Of a stretch of 64,000 nucleotides of DNA, positions 55,796 to 64,000 are shown piece after piece. A program made the translations under genes and the position numbers. A model generated the notes under the pieces. The model ran no database searches, was not told the DNA's origin, and saw only the letters and a list, made by a program, of their open reading frames with translations. The stretch covers positions 63,351-127,350 of the forward strand of contig JAPPGH010000039.1 of assembly GCA_026914155.1 (NCBI GenBank), written 5' to 3'. The stretch comes from Candidatus Palauibacter rhopaloidicola (lineage in GTDB: Bacteria > Gemmatimonadota > Gemmatimonadetes > Palauibacterales > Palauibacteraceae). Numbering within the stretch: the first letter of the stretch is position 1; every line of letters begins with the position of its first letter.

Positions 55796-58267
55796 TCAGG
55801 GCACGAGTTCGGGCCGGCGGTACTTCAGGAAGAACACACCCTCCTTGCCGCTGGAAACGACGATCGTCCCGCTGGCGAAGAAAGGGTAGTTCGACCACGA
55901 GCCATCGAAGGTGACGGACTCGTCCCACGGCACCGTATCGAAGAAACCCACCTCGCGCGGGCTCTCGCGATCGCTGATGTCGAGCACGCGCAGGCCGCTC
56001 ACGTAGTTCGACTGGTACATGAGGTCGCCCACGATGTAGAGGTTGTGGTCGATTGTGAAGGTCTCGCCGAAGTGCTCCTTAACAAGGACCGGGTCGTCCA
56101 GGTCCGACACGTCCCAGATCAGCGTGCGGCTCGCCTCCATGTCAGGCTCGATACCCGCCTCCCGAGCCGCGTCGACGGAGGTCATCTCGTCGAGTTCGTC
56201 GTTCTGGTAGAAGTAGCGGTGGTCCTCGGTGAGCCAGCCCTGGTGCGTGTAGGCGACCGCCGGATAGTCGGCCGTCGAGAGCGTGACAGGGTTGTCCCGG
56301 TCCGTGACGTCTGCGATCACGACCGCAGTCTCGTTAGAGCCGAAGCAGATCTCTCTCCCGACGTGCTCGACGTCCGGGCCGTGATAGTTCACACACTGCG
56401 CGTCGTGCGTGTACCCGGTCCGCCCCCGGCCGGTGCCCGCCTCGGCGTGGCAGCCCACGAAGCTAGGCGCCTTCGGATCGCTGATGTCGATCATATGGAG
56501 CCCGCCGCCACACGTCTCGCCGCCGCCGCTCGAACCGACGGCGTACGCGGTCGCGGTCTCCTCGTTGATCACGACGTTGTGGGCGCTCGCAATCCCCTCG
56601 TACACGGTGTCGGGGCCGAACTCGACGGGAGCGCCGACGTTTCGGAGCCTGGTGAGATCGAACACCTGCATCCCGTGTTCGCCCGCGTTGTCCGCCACGA
56701 CGAACGCGTGATCCGCGTAGACCTTGATGTCGCGCCACGACTGGGTCAGCGAACCCGGCGTCTTTGGCAGGCTGCCCAGGTAGGCGGGCGCCGCGGGGTC
56801 GGACATGTCGATGAACGCGGTGCCGTCCGTGCGGCCGACGATCGCGTACTCGCGGCCTGTCTGCGGATCCGTCCACCCCCACACATCGTTGGTCTCGATG
56901 CCGCGGTCGGTGCCTCCGATTTCGTCCAGCGGCAGGAAAGAGAGCATGTCCACCTGATGGCAGGTGAACTGGTCGGCCATACCGTCGTCGCCGCACTCGA
57001 CTTCAGGGAGCGTCGCCAAGGGACGGCGTTCCTCGGGGATGAGGAGCTTCGCCGTCTCGGTCCACCTCCCACCCCTCCTTTCGAGCACGACGGCCGAACC
57101 CAAGCTCGCGTCGTCCCACAGCTGCCCGACAACCGCCATGTCGCCGTCGGCCGACATGGAAAGACCGAACCCATCGCCGGCGTCCGTGCCCGGACCCGCG
57201 CCGATCTTCCTTGCGGCGCCAAAGCGCCCGCCCGCGTCGTCCCGCGCGAAGGCGTAGATGGCACCAAACAGGTCGGCCCTGGGGGCCGCGATCCACAGCT
57301 CGCCGTCGTGAACCGAGAAGGAAGCCCCGAAGCCCGCCCCGGGTTGCCGGTCGAACGCCGACAGCGATCCGTTCCGCACCCATTCACCGGAGGGGCGTCG
57401 CTCGTGGAGGAGCACGGTGCCCGAACCGCCGTCCGCGCCGGGCAGGCCCAGCATCGCGTAGTCACCCTCGATGCGAACGGGGACGTAGGGCGCTCCATTG
57501 AATGAGAGAAGCGCCGCCCGGCGCTGAACCTCGTCGCCAGTGAGGCCGAGCCGCGCTTCCTGTGCCCACACCCCGGTCGCATCCCGTCCGAACACGTACC
57601 CTGCTCCGACGTACTGCAGCCCACCCAGGGCACCGACGATCACGCGTTCCCCATCCGTGTGAACGCTCCAGCCGAACGCTTCCAGCACGGGGTCCGGATC
57701 AAGTGGCGCAAGGATTCCGTCTTCGGTCCATTCGCCATCCGGCCCGCGCTCGAACACCCATGCCGAATCGCCCGCTGCGACAACGAGGAGGTCGCCTGCG
57801 AGAGAGGCGGAGAGGCCGAAGGGCGTGTCTGGAGGTACGCTCTCCGGCCGCAGATACCGATCGAATTCCCAGTTGTCCGCGGATCGCCGGTACATCAGCA
57901 CCCGGCCGTCATTCCTCCCGTTCTCGTTTGCATCGAAGCCCGGCGCTCCCACCAACAGGCGGTCCCGGTCGACAATGATGAATCGGCCGAACAGGTCTGG
58001 TCCCTCATGCTCGGGCGCGCGAAGGATCCCGGCCTGTTCCCATCCGCCTGCGCCCCGTTCGTACATGTACAGCCGGCCAGGCCCCGCCGCCGTGCCGTCC
58101 CCGATGCGGGAGCCCTTTTCGTTGACCATGATGCGGCCTTCGTGCAGCAGGACCGTGCCGCCGAACTCGAACTCCTGCGCTTCCCCGGTCGCAGACAACA
58201 GGAGGCCGAAAAGGACTGCGGCCAGACAGATTCGCGCTTGGGCGGCGGATCCGTGGATCGATGTCAT
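55796..58267 (-). CDS. Choice-of-anchor B family secreted protein (FG-GAP-like + LVIVD repeats)
   Basis: NDVWGWTDP, WRDIKVY, YTHDAQC, YTHQGWLTEDH, GSWSNYPFF; RBS before ATG 58267. Confidence 0.85.
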   Translation of the reverse strand: MTSIHGSAAQARICLAAVLFGLLLSATGEAQEFEFGGTVLLHEGRIMVNEKGSRIGDGTAAGPGRLYMYERGAGGWEQAGILRAPEHEGPDLFGRFIIVDRDRLLVGAPGFDANENGRNDGRVLMYRRSADNWEFDRYLRPESVPPDTPFGLSASLAGDLLVVAAGDSAWVFERGPDGEWTEDGILAPLDPDPVLEAFGWSVHTDGERVIVGALGGLQYVGAGYVFGRDATGVWAQEARLGLTGDEVQRRAALLSFNGAPYVPVRIEGDYAMLGLPGADGGSGTVLLHERRPSGEWVRNGSLSAFDRQPGAGFGASFSVHDGELWIAAPRADLFGAIYAFARDDAGGRFGAARKIGAGPGTDAGDGFGLSMSADGDMAVVGQLWDDASLGSAVVLERRGGRWTETAKLLIPEERRPLATLPEVECGDDGMADQFTCHQVDMLSFLPLDEIGGTDRGIETNDVWGWTDPQTGREYAIVGRTDGTAFIDMSDPAAPAYLGSLPKTPGSLTQSWRDIKVYADHAFVVADNAGEHGMQVFDLTRLRNVGAPVEFGPDTVYEGIASAHNVVINEETATAYAVGSSGGGETCGGGLHMIDISDPKAPSFVGCHAEAGTGRGRTGYTHDAQCVNYHGPDVEHVGREICFGSNETAVVIADVTDRDNPVTLSTADYPAVAYTHQGWLTEDHRYFYQNDELDEMTSVDAAREAGIEPDMEASRTLIWDVSDLDDPVLVKEHFGETFTIDHNLYIVGDLMYQSNYVSGLRVLDISDRESPREVGFFDTVPWDESVTFDGSWSNYPFFASGTIVVSSGKEGVFFLKYRRPELVP

Positions 58268-58317
58268 CTGCGGCTCCTCGGCGTGAGAATCATCGGCCGG
58301 ATGGGATACCGGCCGAT

Positions 58318-60351
58318 CTACCAGTTCAGGACGTGGAGTTCCATCATTTCGTCCGCGAGCGAGCGTCTGATCTCCTCCACGCGCTCGCGGGCGGTGCGGC
58401 CGTCGGCGTCGAGTCCCTCGGCCATCCATTCGATCTCCGCTTCGATGGCGGCGACCTTGCCGTCCACATCGTAGTCTTCGATCTGGCGCTCCAATTCACG
58501 GATCTTCCCGTCCGCGTCGTATTGGGCGATCTCCTCCTCGATGCGTCGGATCTGCTCTCTCAATCCCCGCACCTCGGCTGCCAGGGCTTCCCGAGCCTCG
58601 GTTGTCCTCGCCCACCCCATCACGTCCTGGAGAGGGGAGAGCCGAGCCCGGTAAGAGGAGAGCCGCTCGCGCAGACTACCGACGTAACGTCGGTGGGCGG
58701 AAATCCCGTCGCGCAGCGACCCGTGATGAGCCCAGTGAGCCGAGATCCGGCGGCGTAGACTGTTGATATCGCGCAGCCCGGCATGCTCCGCGCGAATCCT
58801 GTCCACTTCCAGATAGCCGTGCAGTACCGAGAGCACATAGCCCTGCCACCGACGTGCTTCCTCGTCGAACGCCTGACGGACCCCGTCGACACTCCACGCG
58901 TATTCGATTCCGGTCGGGCTCTCGGTGATCAGGAGTCGGTGCGCCTTGTCGAACGCGGACTCGAGAAGAAGCCGGCTGCCCGCGCCCATGGACAGGACTT
59001 CGGTGCCGTCGTTGTTGAGCGCGACGTTTCCTTGTGCCCGCATGCACAGGTATATCCCCCAAACCGCTGTCTCGAGGATACGATCTTCGTCGTTCCGACC
59101 CGTGATCCACACGTGGCGGCTTGAAATCATCGACCGTATGGAATCGCTGTAGGCAGATCGGCACTCCATCGCCTGCCGGGCAATGAGTTCCGGATTCGCT
59201 GGCGGTTGGCGGACGGGCGCGGGCTCCAGCACCTCGGCTTCGACGGCCGGCCGCGCGTCGGGTTCCGACGTCGCCGGATGGGGCGTCGCCTCGGCGGACC
59301 GGACCGGGCGGATGGCGGCGGTCGACAGGCCCGCTGCGCCGACTAGAGTCAGCGTCGCGGCAGTGCGAGCGATGCTGGGGCGAGGTCGCCGGCGCCGCAG
59401 AATCGACGCGATTCTCCTCTCCAGATGCGAGGGTTTCACGAGGGGGAGAGCGAGCACGTTCCGACGGTGAACGCGGGCCGACGCCAGCATGAGAAGGAAC
59501 TGGGCGTATCGGGAGGGACGCACTCCGACTGCCAGAACGTCTTCATCGCAGGCCTCCTCGCTGGCCAAATCCGCGCGTCGTGCCGCGAGCCAGGCGAGGG
59601 GATGGAACCAGTAGAGGGCGAGAACGACGCGGCGCATGAGTTGCCGCAGCCCGTCACGCCGGCGCACATGGACGAGTTCATGGGCCAGCACGACATCGCG
59701 CTGACCCGGGCTCCACTCCAGCGCCGACTCGGGAAGCAGGATCACCGGCTTCCGCAGTCCGCCCGTCATTGGCGTTGCCACCGTCGCACTCGAGAGGAGA
59801 CGCACGTTTCCCCGGATACGCATTCGTCTGCCGATGGCGTCGGCCTGCCTTAGCCAGTCAGGATTTCGGATTGGGTCGGCCGCACGGACCAGTGTGCGCA
59901 GGCGAAGCACTCCGGCCGCCAGAGAGGCCAGCGAAACCGCGCAGCCCAGCATCCATATAATGAAAACGATGCGAACGGGGCCCGGAGCGGACCGCGTCGG
60001 CTGGCCCCCTTCGGCTGGACGGGGAACGGCCCTGGGATTCATAATTTCGAGGTCGCGCACTTCGGCCGCGGCAACCTCCGTCCGCGTGGCGGCGACGGTG
60101 GCTTCGGCGACGGGCAACTGCAACTCACTCTCGCCGGCGGGAAGGATCGGTGCGTTCCAGGACGGGGTAAGGAAGCTCAGCAGGGGAAACGCGAGTACGA
60201 GCGCGAACGTCGTGGTCCACAACAGGTGTAGCGTTGTCCGCGACCCGCGCCGTCCAAGCCATGCCAAGGTGAGGGCCAGCAGCAGCAGAATCGTGACCCT
60301 GCCCGTCAACTCGGCGGCGCCCGAAGTAGCGGCGATCAGCAATCCGGTCAC
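58318..60351 (-). CDS. BlaR1/M56-family metallopeptidase signal transducer with coiled-coil C-terminus
   Basis: TM segments, VLAHELVHVRRRD, YWFHPLAW, EEACD. Confidence 0.88.
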   Translation of the reverse strand: MTGLLIAATSGAAELTGRVTILLLLALTLAWLGRRGSRTTLHLLWTTTFALVLAFPLLSFLTPSWNAPILPAGESELQLPVAEATVAATRTEVAAAEVRDLEIMNPRAVPRPAEGGQPTRSAPGPVRIVFIIWMLGCAVSLASLAAGVLRLRTLVRAADPIRNPDWLRQADAIGRRMRIRGNVRLLSSATVATPMTGGLRKPVILLPESALEWSPGQRDVVLAHELVHVRRRDGLRQLMRRVVLALYWFHPLAWLAARRADLASEEACDEDVLAVGVRPSRYAQFLLMLASARVHRRNVLALPLVKPSHLERRIASILRRRRPRPSIARTAATLTLVGAAGLSTAAIRPVRSAEATPHPATSEPDARPAVEAEVLEPAPVRQPPANPELIARQAMECRSAYSDSIRSMISSRHVWITGRNDEDRILETAVWGIYLCMRAQGNVALNNDGTEVLSMGAGSRLLLESAFDKAHRLLITESPTGIEYAWSVDGVRQAFDEEARRWQGYVLSVLHGYLEVDRIRAEHAGLRDINSLRRRISAHWAHHGSLRDGISAHRRYVGSLRERLSSYRARLSPLQDVMGWARTTEAREALAAEVRGLREQIRRIEEEIAQYDADGKIRELERQIEDYDVDGKVAAIEAEIEWMAEGLDADGRTARERVEEIRRSLADEMMELHVLNW

Positions 60352-60731
60352 CGGCCCTCCTTCGCGGCCTCTTCGATCATCTCCGTGATGCGGGCTTGCT
60401 CCTCCGGCGTCAGGTCGCCCTCGGGAAGCTCGAGCAGCATGGCCACGGCTCCCGCGACCGAGCCACCGAAGAAGGTCCGCAGGACGTGGCGCATGGCCGA
60501 CCGCCGGGCCCGCACGGTTGGCGTTCTGGGCGAATAGAGATAGCGGCGTCCCTCCCGTTCGTTCACCAGATGTCCCTTTTCCACAAGAATCCGCAACGTG
60601 GAACGGACGGCCGAATCCGTCGGCGGGTCGGCCATGTGCTCCCGGATCAGAGCGGCACTGGCCTTCCCCAACTCATAGGCGAGGTCCATGACTTCGCGCT
60701 CTCGTCTGCTCAGTGGCGGGAGTGGATTCAC
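60348..60731 (-). CDS. BlaI/MecI/CopY family repressor
   Basis: LSRREREVMD, SAVRSTLRILVEKGH, RTFFGGS. Confidence 0.9.
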   Translation of the reverse strand: MNPLPPLSRREREVMDLAYELGKASAALIREHMADPPTDSAVRSTLRILVEKGHLVNEREGRRYLYSPRTPTVRARRSAMRHVLRTFFGGSVAGAVAMLLELPEGDLTPEEQARITEMIEEAAKEGR

Positions 60732-60845
60732 TTCGACTGCCTCCGTCTACGATGCGGCACGCGCGCTACCGGGGGAGGGCTGAGCCGCTTCCGATGCCTC
60801 CAGGATCCGTGAAGATCGGCCGACGCTCCCCTCTCTCGCAGACAC

Positions 60846-60876
60846 CGTATCACCGTAGTGCTGAAAACTCAACACT
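60846..60876 (-). promoter_or_regulatory. Sigma70-like promoter with overlapping palindromic operator for the blaI operon
   Basis: Minus strand TTGAGT-N17-TACGGT with TG extension; imperfect palindrome AGTGCTGA-AAAC-TCAACACT (60857-60876). Confidence 0.5.
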
Positions 60877-60947
60877 TCGCCGTGGGCCCGTTCGCTCGTG
60901 AACGAAACCCCCGGCGCCTGACCGACGGCGTGGATTATCCCTGCTCG

Positions 60948-62540
60948 CTACGGATCGCGCGCCAGAGACCTGAGCAGTCCGGCGATCATGAACAGCAACA
61001 CGACGCTCACGGGCAGGGCGGCGGCGATCGCTGCGGTCTGCAGAGCCTGGAGACCGTCAGCGAGCAGCAGCACGGCGGCGACCGCTCCCACGCCGAGCCC
61101 CCACACGATGCGGAAGCGCCGCGGGGGGCGAGGGTCGCCCATGCTCAGGAAGGTGGTGATGACCAGGGTGCCGGAGTCCGAAGAAGTGACGAACCAGGTC
61201 GCCACGAGGACGGTGGCCATGGCGGACATGGCCCAGACGACCCAGCCCGTGTCGCTCATCCGGTCGATCGTCGCGTAGAGCGCGGCCTCGTAGTTCCCGC
61301 CCCGGACCAGTTCCATGATCCCCGCCGTCCCCGCGCCGCCCGGGGCGGTGAGTTCCAGGTGGATGGCGTTGCCGCCGAAGATTCCGAACCACACCAGCGC
61401 CAGGCAGGTCGGGACGACAAGCACACCCAGGATGAACTCGCGCAGGGTGCGCCCGCGGGAGATGCGGGCGATGAACGTGCCGACGAAGGGCGCCCACGAG
61501 ATCCACCAGCCCCAGTAGAAGATCGTCCAGGCGTTCTGCCAGGCGGCCTGACCCGGGCCATCGGCGATCCAGAATCCCATCGGCACCGCGCGCCACAGGT
61601 AGTCGACGGCGGACGTGGCGGCGAACCCGACGAGCCACGTGAAGGGGCCCAGGAACAGGAAGCACCCCAGCAGAACCATGCTCAGACCGATGTTCCACTC
61701 GGACAGGCGGCGTATCCCGCGCTGCACGCCGGATACGACGGACAACGTGGCCGCCAGCGAGATGACGGCGATGAGCGCAACCTGCGTGAGGAGACCCGGA
61801 TCGACGCCGAGCAGGACGTTGAGCCCGCTGGCCATCTGGCTTGCCCCGAGGCCCAGGGAGGTCGCTATGCCGAAAACGCCGCCGAACACGGCCAGCAGAT
61901 CCACCAGGTCGCCGATCGGGCCGTAGATCCGGTTGCCGATGAGGGGGTACAGGGCGGAGCGTAGCGTCAGCGGCAACTTCTTGCGGTATCCGAAGTAGGC
62001 GAGGCAGAGCCCGACCAGGACATACGCGGACCAGCCGTGGACGCCCCAGTGGAAGTAGGTGACGCGCATGGCGTGCGCGGCCCGCCGCTCGTCCAGCGCC
62101 TCGGCGCCCGCCATGTCCGCGATCGGGTTGTTGGGGTACCCGGCGGCCTGGCTGTTGTCGAAGTAGAAGATCGGCTCGGCGATGGAGAAGAACAGCACTC
62201 CGATCCCGATACCTGCCGAGAACAGCATGGCGAGCCAGGAGAACCTGCTGAACTCGGGCGAGGAATCCTCATCGCCGAGCCGGATCCTGCCGAACCGGCT
62301 GCACGCCAGGAACAGGCAGGTGAACAGGGTGGCGCAGACCGTCAGGACGTAGAACCAGTCGAGCGTGCCCTCGATCCAGGCGCGGACGCGGCCGAACACG
62401 GCCCCCGCGGCATCCACGTCCCAGACCGTGGCGAGGACGAAGACGAGCACGACGCCCTTGGCGGCCACCGCCATCCCGGGATTCAGCCCCTTCCACAGCC
62501 CGCCCTGCGCCGTGGCTCGCGGGTTCCGCCGGCTCTTCAT
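60948..62540 (-). CDS. BCCT-family (betaine/choline/carnitine) transporter
   Basis: WLAMLFSAGIG, FHWGVHGW, WTIFYWGWWISWAPFVG, TSSDSG. Confidence 0.92.
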   Translation of the reverse strand: MKSRRNPRATAQGGLWKGLNPGMAVAAKGVVLVFVLATVWDVDAAGAVFGRVRAWIEGTLDWFYVLTVCATLFTCLFLACSRFGRIRLGDEDSSPEFSRFSWLAMLFSAGIGIGVLFFSIAEPIFYFDNSQAAGYPNNPIADMAGAEALDERRAAHAMRVTYFHWGVHGWSAYVLVGLCLAYFGYRKKLPLTLRSALYPLIGNRIYGPIGDLVDLLAVFGGVFGIATSLGLGASQMASGLNVLLGVDPGLLTQVALIAVISLAATLSVVSGVQRGIRRLSEWNIGLSMVLLGCFLFLGPFTWLVGFAATSAVDYLWRAVPMGFWIADGPGQAAWQNAWTIFYWGWWISWAPFVGTFIARISRGRTLREFILGVLVVPTCLALVWFGIFGGNAIHLELTAPGGAGTAGIMELVRGGNYEAALYATIDRMSDTGWVVWAMSAMATVLVATWFVTSSDSGTLVITTFLSMGDPRPPRRFRIVWGLGVGAVAAVLLLADGLQALQTAAIAAALPVSVVLLFMIAGLLRSLARDP

Positions 62541-62602
62541 GCGGTTCGCTTCTTCCACACCTCGCTCAATGCTGACATCGTGTCCACCACTCGAAGCCTC
62601 AC

Positions 62603-62625
62603 CCTGACGTTCCCGCGGGAACGTC
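62603..62625. repeat. Palindrome copy 2 (20-bp perfect GACGTTCCCGCGGGAACGTC); left 21-bp direct repeat
   Basis: CCTGACGTTCCCGCGGGAACG at 62603-62623. Confidence 0.85.
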
Positions 62626-62669
62626 TTCACGCGCCCCCGAAAGAAGACGCCGGAGGAAGGAGCAGCGCC

Positions 62670-63488
62670 ATGGGCAAGGTGATGCTGGTCACCGGAGCAT
62701 CCGCCGGCATCGGGCGGGAAGCCGCGATCCTCCTGGCTCGAAAGGGTCACACCGTGTACGCCGGCGCCCGGCGTCGGGACCGCCTGCAGGCGCTGGCCGA
62801 GCACGGCATCGCGCCCGTGGAGATGGATGTCACGAAGGAAGGCGACAATGAGCGGGCCGTGCGCCGGATCATCGAGGACGAGGGGCGCATCGATGTCCTG
62901 ATCAACAACGCCGGCTTCGGCCTCTACGGCCCCGTCGAGGACATCCCGCTCGACGACGCGCGGTATCAGTTCGAGGTGAACCTGTTCGGCCTCGCCCACC
63001 TCACCCAGCTCGTCCTGCCGCATATGAGAGCGCAGCAGGCGGGCCGGATCATCAACGTCTCATCCGTGGTGGGGAAGATCTTCGTGCCTTTCGGCGCCTG
63101 GTACGTAGCCACCAAACACGCGCTGGAAGGCTGGTCCGACTGCCTCCGCCTCGAGACCGCTCCGTTCAACATCCAGGTCGTCCTCGTCGAACCGGGCGCG
63201 ATCAAGACCGAGTTCTTCGACGTGACCCGAGCGCGGCTGAACGAGTACTACGACGGCACCGCGTACAAGGCGCAGTTCGAACCGTTCTTCCGGATGTTCG
63301 ATGATCCGAAGGCAAGGGACCGGAGCACCGCGGCCCACGTACTCGGCGAGGTGTTGCTCGAAGCCGCCACCACCCCCAATCCACGCCGCAGATACGTCAA
63401 GGGCTCCATGGCGTGGCCCGCGCTCTTCATTAGGAAGTGGCTCGGCGACGGCATCTACGAATTCCTGCTGCGCCGCGCCTTCCGCTGA
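62670..63488 (+). CDS. Short-chain dehydrogenase/reductase
   Basis: TGASAGIG, NNAG, YVATK. Confidence 0.92.
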   Translation: MGKVMLVTGASAGIGREAAILLARKGHTVYAGARRRDRLQALAEHGIAPVEMDVTKEGDNERAVRRIIEDEGRIDVLINNAGFGLYGPVEDIPLDDARYQFEVNLFGLAHLTQLVLPHMRAQQAGRIINVSSVVGKIFVPFGAWYVATKHALEGWSDCLRLETAPFNIQVVLVEPGAIKTEFFDVTRARLNEYYDGTAYKAQFEPFFRMFDDPKARDRSTAAHVLGEVLLEAATTPNPRRRYVKGSMAWPALFIRKWLGDGIYEFLLRRAFR

Positions 63489-63490
63489 CG

Positions 63491-63511
63491 CCTGACGTTC
63501 CCGCGGGAACG
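63491..63511. repeat. Palindrome copy 3; right 21-bp direct repeat
   Basis: CCTGACGTTCCCGCGGGAACG, 2 bp after the SDR stop codon. Confidence 0.85.
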
Positions 63512-63524
63512 CCCCCGCCGTCGC

Positions 63525-64000
63525 TCAACTCGCGATGCGCCGCCGCCGTCGGGTTGGCGCCGCCGTTCGGCGCACGTAGCGGGCCACCTCGCCCATGCCG
63601 TCGACGCCGATCCGGGTGCCGAGTGTCTGATTGTAGTTCGTCGTGCCGTTGATGTCGTACGTGTAGCGGTGGCCCCACGCGTCGCGCACGAACTCGATGC
63701 CGGCGATCTCGATCCCTTCCTCGTTGCAGAGACGGATGTACCGCTGCACCAGCGGGTCGTCCTCCGCGACCGGCGAGGGGCTGAAGAGACCGGGGCCGGC
63801 CGGGCACACCTCGAGCGCCGCCTCCTCCTCCGTCCCGGCAGGTGCGTCTCTCTCCGCGGGCATCGGATTGCACGCGTCGGAGGGGCAGAGCTCGAACCCG
63901 TCTGCGGTGGAACTCCGCATGGCGAACAGGAAGCGGCCGCCCACGATCTCCACCCTCGTGATGAACGGTTCCGGGGCATCGATGTACTGCTGGAGGATCA
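63525..64000 (-). CDS. ATP-grasp (RimK-like) protein, N-terminal part outside window
   Basis: ILQQYI...ITRVEIVGG, GFELCPSDAC, IAGIEF, YDINGTTNYN. Confidence 0.75.
   Translation of the reverse strand, partial: ILQQYIDAPEPFITRVEIVGGRFLFAMRSSTADGFELCPSDACNPMPAERDAPAGTEEEAALEVCPAGPGLFSPSPVAEDDPLVQRYIRLCNEEGIEIAGIEFVRDAWGHRYTYDINGTTNYNQTLGTRIGVDGMGEVARYVRRTAAPTRRRRRIAS

Noticed and set aside
1-64000. tRNA, rRNA, CRISPR array, transposase, integrase or selenoprotein read-through
   Set aside because: None recognised on manual reading; a covariance-model scan would be needed to exclude small RNAs.

Overview
High-GC (roughly 70% by eye), gene-dense bacterial chromosome segment. The gene content suggests a Gemmatimonadota-like, possibly sponge-associated organism (inference only): VPS10/BNR and choice-of-anchor B proteins, a DUF1592-DUF1552-ankyrin triad, BlaI/BlaR1, TAT-exported enzymes and a SupA-like type I PKS. 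It holds about 45 CDS, including transporters, a Rieske dioxygenase without partners, an acyl-CoA/aromatic degradation operon, a large PKS and five toxin-antitoxin-derived loci. No tRNA, rRNA, CRISPR array or transposase was seen. Notable signals: (1) the perfect 16-bp palindrome CGTTCCCGCGGGAACG occurs three times, always intergenic, and two copies form 21-bp direct repeats around a single SDR gene; (2) repeated antitoxin domain fusions, including an antitoxin fused in frame to a lipoprotein peptidase, and a VapC with an apparent ACG start; (3) a 167-bp CTAG-bounded palindromic MITE-like element; (4) a breakpoint at about 42900 where the PKS and a convergent aminotransferase are both truncated; (5) a PptH-like phosphopantetheine hydrolase near the PKS. 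Family assignments come from recognised motifs; no database searches were run.
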